A stretch of 64,000 nt of DNA from Williopsis jadinii (taxonomy: Eukaryota). The position numbers and the translations under genes are program-made. Shown here in pieces: positions 21,946 through 30,959 of this stretch. The stretch covers positions 1,364,001-1,428,000 of the forward strand of contig AP024665.1 of NCBI GenBank assembly GCA_024346625.1, read 5' to 3'. Numbering within the stretch: the first letter of the stretch is position 1; every line of letters starts with the position of its first letter. The notes under the pieces were generated by a model. The model was not told the origin of the DNA, ran no database searches, and worked only from the letters and a program-made list of their open reading frames with translations.

Positions 21946-24507
21946 TTAAACTTGTAACCACAACTCATCGTTCGTAAGAGAAACCACCTTATTACAGATT
22001 AAATGATCACCACAATGAACCTCTGGTAATTCCTGAGACAGTAGAACATCAACTTCAATCCCTAAATCGGAGCAATATGCCTTCGCAGGTGCTGGGAATT
22101 TCGAATGTCTCAGGACAATGCATTTGAAGAAGACCCAGGATTCCTCGTCCTCAGATCTCAGAGCTCGTAGAATTGCGTTCTTACGAGCTCTTTGTTGTAA
22201 ATCGGCATTGGCTTCTTTTGCAGGCCTTATATTGATATCGTAGAACCTTTGGAGTTCAGAGGAGGATTTCATTTTAAACCCCTTCATGAAGAGTCTGGAC
22301 ACGCCCATTTTATAATCACTCTGCGAAGCAACAAATTGTGATTGGAGATAGCTGATGATTTGCCATTGATTAGCAATTGATTCAAGATCACTCAATGTGG
22401 TTGTAATGTCGCAAAATCCATCCTCAAGCCCAAGAGATGCGTATGGCCCAGTGGTGGTTCCAACTTTTACAGGTGAAAGGAAAGAGATAGCAGCCAGATA
22501 ATTTGAGATTGGAGTCAAACCTGATGAATCTTTCGAGAACGTGAGCTCATTGTATCCATGCGCATCGTACTGTGGGATGACAAGATTAGAAGCTTGAACT
22601 CGGAAAGTGTCTTCCAGAGGAGGTAATACGTCTTGTGTCTGAATTATTTGGGGGATGCTGTGCTTCGAAGAGAACTGAAGAAGATGATGCGATGCAATTG
22701 TGCTAAGCTCTAGCTTAACATAGTCCAGGAAGTTACTTGAGTACTCCCCTTCGATGAACTGGAAACTTGAAGATACCGGTCTTTTAGTAAAATGCTGATC
22801 CATCGAACATTCATACCCTCTCTTCAGACACCAGTAGTCAATCATGTTAATCATATTCAACAGTATATTCCGGTCATTAGACTCTAGCGTCCTAAAATCG
22901 TTGGACATGAATATACTCAAGAGCTCACTGAAAATTGGGAATCGTGATCTCCATAGTTCGTTCAAATCATGGAGTGGAACGTATTGGACATTGACTAGCC
23001 TTTCAAGTCTCACTGTGGTTGATGTCTTGTACCAGGGCTTATCCGTACCAAGTGGATACTTGATAGAAATTGTGAATGCAAGACATTCTTTGTCCTTATG
23101 AAATGCAAGGCTCTTGAGCGTGTCATGGGAAAACAAGGAATCAGTTTTCGTATGAAGATCAACATCACTAACTCTTTGCAAAACATCTCCAATAGATTTA
23201 GAGATATGCGGAACTTGTGAGCCAACATCAGGCACATGGATATTGAGCATCCAAAAATCTCTTTCCTTTTCCAGACTGATGCCAAGTTCAGAATACATGT
23301 CGAGACCCAAATTCTCCAGCTTTTCTGAAGGAAGAAGGTACACCTTTGATGTATTTGTAACTCTGATGTGTTTCATATTATCTTTCAGCAACGTTGGTTC
23401 CGGCTCGTATTGTATTTCTGATGGAAAGATTGTGTCTGACACCCCGATACGTTCAAGTGCTTGAGACACACCACTTGAGGAACAAGGCAATTCGTTACCT
23501 AAGAGACGTGAAACCGTGAATGACAGTGATGGATGAGGGTATATTTTATAATACATCAAGAAAGTCACAATCATGTTAATGTCGAGGAAACCGGCATCGT
23601 CTTTTTCCATAGCTTCTTTATACTTTTGCAATATGTTTGACTCTTGGTTATCAAGTTGTTTCAAACAGGAGTTGAAGCCGTCAAGTATTTGATATTCGAA
23701 CAGAGACACTTCCCTGAGATCTTCTGCAAGGTCCATCGAATTGGCAAAGTAGTAAGTCATCGGAATGGAATCACTTGTCATAGAGTACAGTAAGGGCTTC
23801 GTTAACTTCTGTTGCACTCTGAAATTGAAAGGATCGGAACAAATATACATATGAATTGCATATAGGAGACACTCCTGCTGTGTCTTACTCTTTCCTGAGT
23901 GGAATAGCACGGATGAAAGCACCGAAAGTAGATCAAGTTCAACAGACCGTGAGTCCTTTGTATACCACGCCTGGATAACAGGCATCAAATGTTGATGTGT
24001 TTTTAAAAGACTTATGGATGCACTCATGAAGTTTGATATTAGAAGCGGGATTTCGTCCTCTGTCAGCGTATCCTTGTCAAATAGACCTGCTAAATGGAAA
24101 GAGACTTCATGAGCTTGAAACTCTACAGAATCACCTTCAGCTGTGACCATAGAAATGGCTGTATTCGAAAACAGGCCGGTCTGTGGCCGTGTAACTATGC
24201 CAACTCGTACACTATCATCCTTTATCACCTCAACAAACGAGCCAAAGGAACATCTCTTGTTCCACCTCTCTTCGATGGGGACATTTCGTATCACACTTCT
24301 CAAAGCTTCCCAATCATGGTGTTGGTTACTGAACAACTCAGTGATCTGTTGGCAAGAGTTTGGAACCCGAACTTGTGGGATCTGCGGCCGTATCCCATCA
24401 CAGATCGTATTCGTGGGATCCTTTAGCAAGAAAGCCGTCGTCACCCGCCTCGTAGACTTCATCCATCGTGAATGGTCAAGTCTTCGCCTTATGAGTTGTC
24501 GAAACAT
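21946..24507 (-). CDS. Dss1/RNase II (RNB)-family mitochondrial protein, apparently catalytically inactive
   Basis: Presequence-like MFRQLIRRRL, Dss1-like N-terminal domains (LLYAIHMYICSDP), RNB-like GISLE...WMLNIHVPD and GPYASLGL...ITTTL...IANQWQI, but without the catalytic Asp cluster or SPxRRYxD. Confidence 0.7.
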   Translation of the reverse strand: MFRQLIRRRLDHSRWMKSTRRVTTAFLLKDPTNTICDGIRPQIPQVRVPNSCQQITELFSNQHHDWEALRSVIRNVPIEERWNKRCSFGSFVEVIKDDSVRVGIVTRPQTGLFSNTAISMVTAEGDSVEFQAHEVSFHLAGLFDKDTLTEDEIPLLISNFMSASISLLKTHQHLMPVIQAWYTKDSRSVELDLLSVLSSVLFHSGKSKTQQECLLYAIHMYICSDPFNFRVQQKLTKPLLYSMTSDSIPMTYYFANSMDLAEDLREVSLFEYQILDGFNSCLKQLDNQESNILQKYKEAMEKDDAGFLDINMIVTFLMYYKIYPHPSLSFTVSRLLGNELPCSSSGVSQALERIGVSDTIFPSEIQYEPEPTLLKDNMKHIRVTNTSKVYLLPSEKLENLGLDMYSELGISLEKERDFWMLNIHVPDVGSQVPHISKSIGDVLQRVSDVDLHTKTDSLFSHDTLKSLAFHKDKECLAFTISIKYPLGTDKPWYKTSTTVRLERLVNVQYVPLHDLNELWRSRFPIFSELLSIFMSNDFRTLESNDRNILLNMINMIDYWCLKRGYECSMDQHFTKRPVSSSFQFIEGEYSSNFLDYVKLELSTIASHHLLQFSSKHSIPQIIQTQDVLPPLEDTFRVQASNLVIPQYDAHGYNELTFSKDSSGLTPISNYLAAISFLSPVKVGTTTGPYASLGLEDGFCDITTTLSDLESIANQWQIISYLQSQFVASQSDYKMGVSRLFMKGFKMKSSSELQRFYDINIRPAKEANADLQQRARKNAILRALRSEDEESWVFFKCIVLRHSKFPAPAKAYCSDLGIEVDVLLSQELPEVHCGDHLICNKVVSLTNDELWLQV

Positions 24508-24901
24508 TTAGTACCAGATGGTCATGTGTCTATTGCTGTGGACAATGCGCAATTCCTAAACACCGAGTAAGACTGTTGGAGAAAGCTTATACTGTCAACT
24601 CGAATACACCAGGCTGAGTCCTTAGTACCGTTTCCGTTGGGTTGTGGTGATACCGCAATGTTGAAGAGTTATGGCACAGGCTAACAGTGCTCGGTCTCTG
24701 TTTGGGTTTGCGCTCTTTTCCCACACCCGCACACCAATGTCTTCCTACAGCCGGTTAAATGGAACGCTCTCTTTGGAGAAGGATACGGGTAAATACTACA
24801 GCTTCAAGGCAGAAGTCATCTCGTGTAATTCATGAGAGTTGAAAAGACTCGTAAACGTTTGTATGATATGATATAATATGATTGTGACGTGATATGGCAT
24901 C

Positions 24902-26305
24902 TCACTTTTGATCTCTGATCCAGCCTCTGGCCTCGCTGAGTCCCTGCTGGGTCTTGTCATTGGTAGTTTGCAATCCACTCTTAACATGGCCGACAGCACT
25001 GTCAGCATTGGACCAGAAGCTCTTATTCACGCTGTCGCCCCACTTCGCCAATCCTCTCTGGGCATCATCAACACGTCTCTGAGCGTCATCAACGTGCTTC
25101 TGGGCTTCTTGTTCAAGCTCCTTCGATGTTGACTTCCAAACTTCCCACCAGTGCTTTGAGTTGGCACTCAGCTCCTTCTTTGCATCTTCAAGGGCATCAT
25201 TGGCATCGTTGTAGTAGTCACGGGCCCCGTCTGCGGTGTCGTCATACTTTCTCGTGAACCACTTGTTCCATCTCTCGTATGTGTCTTTTGCTTGCTTTTT
25301 CAAGTCAGCAGTCTTACCCTGAATCTCCCTACGGGTGTCTCTTGTGTCACCATAGACCTCTTCTGCAGCTTCACCAGCAGTATTACCCCAACCACGGACA
25401 GCATCACGAGCAGCACGGGCTGCGGCCTCCTCTTCGTGTGGAACACCTCCACGGAGCCAGTCGTAGAAGCCTTCGCTTTGGCGATATGTCTTTTGATTCA
25501 ATTTCGCAGAGGCAGAGCTCTTCCACTGCTCAAATTTGGCAGACGCCTCGTCAAACTTCTTCTGGGCCTCGTCATATTGTCTCTGCGCTTCAGCTTGCAA
25601 CTTCTTCTTCTCGTCATCCACGTTGAATGACAACCATGAGGACTTGGTCTCATCAACACGCTTGGAGGCATCATCCAGTGCCTTCTTTGCATCGTTATAG
25701 ACTGTCTCTGGGGTGGTGTTACCAACGAGCTTGTTTGCACTAGTGACAACAGAGTCATAGTACTCGGAGGCACTTTGGGCAGCAGTTTCACCCCAACCTT
25801 CCAAACCCCTTCTGGTCTTATCGGCGAGCTGCTCCTCTCTGGCAGAGTCATCACTCTTGAACCAGCTTCCCTTCTTCTCCTTAACTTCTCTCCACTCTTC
25901 CTTCACACCATCTTCGAATCTCTCCAATCTTCCCTTAACACGGGGAGTGGATGAATCCAGCTGCTTAGCATGTTGCTGAGCCGCTCTGGCCTCATCATCA
26001 AGAGCCTGCTTTGCGGAATCTGCTTTGTCAGCAGCCCACGAAGCAACGTTGGCCTTTTGTTGCTCAACAGCACTGAGCGTGCTGTCGATCTTTCTGGTGG
26101 CATCCTTTTGAATATCGTAAGCCTTATCATGCACCTTGCCAACGGACTCGTCGATTTGACGACCAGCGTATTGCGCCGGTCCTTCATCAACAGTTCTACG
26201 AGGTGGGATCGGTTGTGGATGCTGTGCAGCATCGAGTCTTGAAGAGTAGAGGTAGTAACCACCACCCAGCACTCCTGCAGTGATCAAAAACGTTCTAGTT
26301 GACAT
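24902..26305 (-). CDS. OM45: Mitochondrial outer membrane protein Om45
   Basis: N-terminal signal anchor (FLITAGVLGGGYYLY), RGLEGWGETAAQ and AVRGWGNTA repeats, HWWEVWKS. Near VHS2 as in S. cerevisiae (YIL136W/YIL135C). ATG at 26305. Confidence 0.85.
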   Translation of the reverse strand: MSTRTFLITAGVLGGGYYLYSSRLDAAQHPQPIPPRRTVDEGPAQYAGRQIDESVGKVHDKAYDIQKDATRKIDSTLSAVEQQKANVASWAADKADSAKQALDDEARAAQQHAKQLDSSTPRVKGRLERFEDGVKEEWREVKEKKGSWFKSDDSAREEQLADKTRRGLEGWGETAAQSASEYYDSVVTSANKLVGNTTPETVYNDAKKALDDASKRVDETKSSWLSFNVDDEKKKLQAEAQRQYDEAQKKFDEASAKFEQWKSSASAKLNQKTYRQSEGFYDWLRGGVPHEEEAAARAARDAVRGWGNTAGEAAEEVYGDTRDTRREIQGKTADLKKQAKDTYERWNKWFTRKYDDTADGARDYYNDANDALEDAKKELSANSKHWWEVWKSTSKELEQEAQKHVDDAQRRVDDAQRGLAKWGDSVNKSFWSNADSAVGHVKSGLQTTNDKTQQGLSEARGWIRDQK

Positions 26306-28397
26306 CGTAGTATGAGTTACTTGTTCTACGGGAATCGACAAAGGAAGGACGGGACGAGGGGAATACAAAGGATAACCTCCGGCTTATATAGTTCCTCAGA
26401 TCCACCATGCAACAGTCGAGGTAGCAATTCCAATTGTCCCCAATGCGTGTCCTTGACGTTATATGACCTAAGATTGCTCCTCCGAGAGCAACCTTTGGAG
26501 GACAGAAAACACCACAACTTACCTGCTTATGACGTGCGCTTATTCACCAAGCTGTGGACCGCTCCACCGATACCAACCGCACCGGTGTCCCCAAAGCAAC
26601 CGCCATGCCATTGGCTCTGGTTGACGCTTTCCCTACGTGTTCTCAACTGGTTGTACTGTATGTCCACTATTGTTCAATGTTGTGATCCTCTCTGCTTGTG
26701 TGTTTACCTCCCCGAGTGACACAAAAAATAGTGGGATTACGGATTTACAGAGTTTTACCGGCGTAACTTATTTTTATGTGTTTGTTCAAGGTGTGGTCAT
26801 CACTGGGAAACTCAGTGCTGAACAACGCAGCACGCTGGCACGGAGAAGGAGCAAGACGACCAGGGTGGAGTCCCAATCAACAATTGATCCGGTGCTGGGG
26901 CCTTCGAAGACGCCAGTTGCCTGTATACTAACATAGTGGATCATCTCTCCGGTAACAGCAAACAAAGAGAAACCGCAGAGCCACTTTGAGACACACGGCA
27001 GAACGTCATCAGCCAGAGGACGGGCCCCGTTATGTGTCGTGTACCAATCACACCAAGGATTACATAATCCTGGTTTCCCTCCCGCGAGATTTTCTGCTTT
27101 CCGTGCAGCAGTGTTTCTACTCCACAGGGAGCGCTCCCACCACTGTGATAAGTCCAGGCAAATAGGGCAACCGAGGGAGTGCGCGTTCCTGTTTTGGCGT
27201 ATCCAGTTTAGCCCGATGCATTGGCCACGATACACCTCGAAGTGCCACCTGTGTTGTTTCCATGAGCTCCCTCGCCCATTGTTTTACACCGTGTCGAGTG
27301 CTGTGCGACGAGTGAACGCACAGCACTCTGCGCAGTGCGCGGGTCTGGTGATAGGAACATGCCTCGAAGGACGGTGTGCGTGGTACGTTAACGCCGGCGT
27401 GGGATCCATGATCGCCAGTTCCCAACAGGCACACAACATGCTTACGGGGACATCTAAGCACGGTGGCAGCCAGCAGACTCCAAAGCTGTCGTGTACAGAG
27501 GAATGAAGCCTGTCTCGTGAGCGTGCTATCAACAGCAGCAGCGTTTTCCTTGGGAGAGGGGGTGAATTGTGCAACGGTAAAAAGTCCGTCGCCGAGGCAA
27601 AATCTGTGCGTGTTTGACACCTCAACGTTTGGTTTGTGGGTTAACGAGCAGCGTGGACCAGTGATGCAGATTTAGAGGGTTTTCCCCTTGTTGTCGTCTG
27701 TCCTTTCCAGAAGAGAGAGCGTGCGAGAGATGTCACTGGGCTGAGCACCTCTATGGCACACGCACACGAGCAGCCATCACGATACACAGTGCGTTGTCAT
27801 TGGAGCCCAACGAGCACCGCCAAATCACGGCTTCCAATGCCAGGCGCGCAATGCCACCAGGCTAACAACCAAGTACATACAAACAGCTTTAGGCTAACGT
27901 AGAAACCTACACAGAGATAGACACACTGGGACACCTCCCACTTCCCAGACGATCCTAATCCACGTAATTGCACGGTGGCACCCCCAGAGAGAACTCTTCC
28001 CACCACCAACGCTGCCCTGAGGAGTCTCACTGTATTAATTATATATTATATATTATAATTATATTATTCCTTTTTGCTTTCTTTTTTTCCCTCGCCCGGC
28101 TGGGCTCGTTTGGCATCAAATAAAGTGATCACACACAGGAAACAGAGATAAACCCACACCTCTTACGGTTTTTTTTCCTTCATTAGCCCAATCCCCAAAC
28201 ATCACCTTTGGAAACGTATTTAAGGGGGCCGTACAAGGGGGCAAAGGAGAGACAACCGGCTCAAAAAGCACGAGGAGAGCGAGGTGACAACGATAGCGTT
28301 GACGCTTTGACAGCAGATTGTATTTGTCCGCTACACAGCTCAGACCGAAAGTAGGTGCACTCATCAACACTGTACACGTGTAATTCCTGGCTTCACA

Positions 28398-30959
28398 ATG
28401 CCCAGTAACAGGGTGCCGCCGTTCCTGGAGCTCTCACGGGACACACTTCAGGACTTTGACACCTCCGGGCTCGATTTGGAGAATGTGCTTGCTGTCTGGA
28501 CGGGGCTCACGAAGTGCTCGAGCTTCATCAAGAATGGTAAACGGTTGGAGAACATCAGCTGGCGTATTGTCAATAGAAACCTCGTTGTCAAGCAGAACGA
28601 GTTGAGCAACAGTGACGTTGTAGAAGCACAGTCGAAGTTGGGCAAGACGAGGAACAAGTTGAACGACGGTGATCTGTTCAGCATCTTATCGATAGTCTCG
28701 GAACAGGGCGTCAGCTCAACGAGACCACAGCTCACAAAGAGAAGATCAGGAAGTAAGATTTTGACAAAGAAGTCCTTCAATAGAAGCTCCGAGTCTTTGA
28801 ACAGGCCGCCGTTTTTCCGCAAGACGTCTTCTTCAAAGTCGTTGAAGAAGATGAGTCTGAAGACTCAACAGAAGAGAAACAGCGCATTGGACCTAACCTC
28901 CATACCCAATGATACAGACCTCTTTGAACAACCGAATCCTCGCTATGCATTCGGAATATATGAACCTTCTAACGTGCAAAAGGATGAAGCTACACCCAAA
29001 CCAGGGCTGACGAGATCTGACACATCAACCAGTGTTGTTAGAGGATTTGTGCCTGGTGCTGCATCAGAACCTGAAGATGAAAGTTTGCCTGTTAATCATA
29101 TTCAGAAATCGAAACAGAGCAGCGCATCAACTACGCCCGTTGAGTCATTATTCAAGCCACCTGCACATCAAACCAAGCCTGAACCTCCAAAGAGCCCCGT
29201 CCACACTACAAGTTCTCTGTTCAGTAAGCTGGAGCGTGTCAAATCACCGTTGTCGCACGATAGCACTGCAGATGTATTGAACAGTAAAGTACCGGAGTCA
29301 TTGTTCAATAATAACCACCATTCTAATAAAAAGAAGTCATTGACCAACACAGATAAAGCCCAGGAGGAGCATACAAACACTACTACATCATCATTGTTTG
29401 ACCATGCTGCAAAATTACAGAACGCTGAAATGTCTCAACCAAAACCTCAGTTGAAAAAAAGAGCCACTGTGCTTAATAATTTGGGTATGACATCCCTTTC
29501 AAAGCCTCAAGACAAGAAGCATGAAAAGAACATGTTCTTTATAGAATCCTCACCTTCTCCTACCGATTCAAAGTTCTTTGACTCTCATCATCACAACAGT
29601 GGTCATGTGCATCATGACAAGAAATCACCTGCGCTGAAACCACAGGGAGATCACAAGTCATTGTTCAGCGGGAATGGAAATCATACGAATCAGAATGGAA
29701 AGTCGTCGTTGTTTGAGGGCAAGAAACCTATACGTGAGATTATGTTTTCAAGTGACGATTCGTTTAGCGATGAGAGTGATTGGTCTTCTGTGTCTGAAGA
29801 TTTGGCATCTGAGGATGAACAGGATATCAATGAACAATGGAAGAGAACGGTGTTCAAGAGAGAAGACAGTAAAGCTCAAAAACCTCAGATCAAAAGGAGT
29901 TTATTGAGTGGATTGTTCCTCAATGAAATGCAGTCAGAAGAGGCATATCAACAACGTCCACAACCACCTCTGAAAGCTTCAACAACGTCTGTATCTTCCA
30001 AGAACTCATCCGATGGCTATGAAATCCTTAGCACGAGTGCCGCATCTGGAATTGTTGTTAAACACCGTTCAAACCCATTAACAGAGTCTAATAATTTGGA
30101 GAGAAATACAGCTGAACCTGTGACCTCGATATCTACTACACATGCCATTGCATCTGGATTGCTTCATGAACCAAACTCTTCTGCAGACCTGAAGACTACA
30201 CTGGACCAACAGCACCAGCCTTCTTCTTCCTTGTCACATTTGACCAAGAGTGCGTTGCATCTTACAAACTATTTCTCATCGCAGAGGAAAAACTCATTCT
30301 CTTCAATTGCATCTGATAGAAGCCGTATGAAGTTCAAACACGAATCTAATGCACCTCCAACGGCTTCCACTTTACTTCCTACTGCGTTGTCTACTCATAT
30401 GTTCTTACCTAATGCACACCAAAGGGCCAAGTCTCGGCTCACTGCCGTTGCAGAGTCTGAAAGTAATGAGCCTTCGAGGAAGACCTCAACAGATGGTGGA
30501 ATCCCATCGAAGGATGGCGAAACAGTTGAAACTGAAGATGTTAACGATAAAAATTGTGAAGTACATCCGCAAGACCAAGTTAAAGCTGCGACACCTATCA
30601 AATCACCAACAATTCATATTCCAATAGCGGCACAACACCATGAAGATAAGCATAACATTTCGAGAAAACTTTCGCCCAAGACCACTAGAAAGCAAATGCT
30701 AGCGACTGAATTGTCAGATTCTCTGAGAAAGTCCATCCTTTGGGACCGACAATACGCATTTACTGGAGATGGAACAAAGAAGTATCTATATGATGTTACA
30801 GGGGTTCCAGCTACCACGACGTTAAAGGATATTAACGAGGGACCCATCCCAGAGGAGAAGTGGGGTGATAATGGAGCTGATAAGCCCAAAGTGATAAAGA
30901 AGGACTTTCAAGTAGATGATGATTGGGATAAGGAGAGCTTCTACACAAGAGGATGGTGA
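28398..30959 (+). CDS. MKS1: Mks1 negative regulator of retrograde/nitrogen signalling (DUF1752 N-terminus)
   Basis: GKRLENISWRIVNR, SDWSSVS, KRSLLSGLFLNE and ESNAPPTASTLLPTALSTHMFLPN match Mks1 blocks. Synteny with IMP4 and MLF3 (YNL076W-075W-074C). Confidence 0.85.
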   Translation: MPSNRVPPFLELSRDTLQDFDTSGLDLENVLAVWTGLTKCSSFIKNGKRLENISWRIVNRNLVVKQNELSNSDVVEAQSKLGKTRNKLNDGDLFSILSIVSEQGVSSTRPQLTKRRSGSKILTKKSFNRSSESLNRPPFFRKTSSSKSLKKMSLKTQQKRNSALDLTSIPNDTDLFEQPNPRYAFGIYEPSNVQKDEATPKPGLTRSDTSTSVVRGFVPGAASEPEDESLPVNHIQKSKQSSASTTPVESLFKPPAHQTKPEPPKSPVHTTSSLFSKLERVKSPLSHDSTADVLNSKVPESLFNNNHHSNKKKSLTNTDKAQEEHTNTTTSSLFDHAAKLQNAEMSQPKPQLKKRATVLNNLGMTSLSKPQDKKHEKNMFFIESSPSPTDSKFFDSHHHNSGHVHHDKKSPALKPQGDHKSLFSGNGNHTNQNGKSSLFEGKKPIREIMFSSDDSFSDESDWSSVSEDLASEDEQDINEQWKRTVFKREDSKAQKPQIKRSLLSGLFLNEMQSEEAYQQRPQPPLKASTTSVSSKNSSDGYEILSTSAASGIVVKHRSNPLTESNNLERNTAEPVTSISTTHAIASGLLHEPNSSADLKTTLDQQHQPSSSLSHLTKSALHLTNYFSSQRKNSFSSIASDRSRMKFKHESNAPPTASTLLPTALSTHMFLPNAHQRAKSRLTAVAESESNEPSRKTSTDGGIPSKDGETVETEDVNDKNCEVHPQDQVKAATPIKSPTIHIPIAAQHHEDKHNISRKLSPKTTRKQMLATELSDSLRKSILWDRQYAFTGDGTKKYLYDVTGVPATTTLKDINEGPIPEEKWGDNGADKPKVIKKDFQVDDDWDKESFYTRGW

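Noticed and set aside
24796..25008. Alternative-frame ORF at the OM45 3' end finishing in -LKL (cryptic PTS1 by frameshift)
   Set aside because: There is no slippery site or splice signal to enter that frame, and the tripeptide is non-canonical and expected by chance.
26306..28397. Overlapping 100-170 aa ORFs in the OM45-MKS1 spacer, and similar ones at 1832-2320, 15939-16409 and 32162-32623
   Set aside because: They are Cys/Arg/His-rich, mutually overlapping and without motifs, as expected by chance in GC-balanced promoter DNA.
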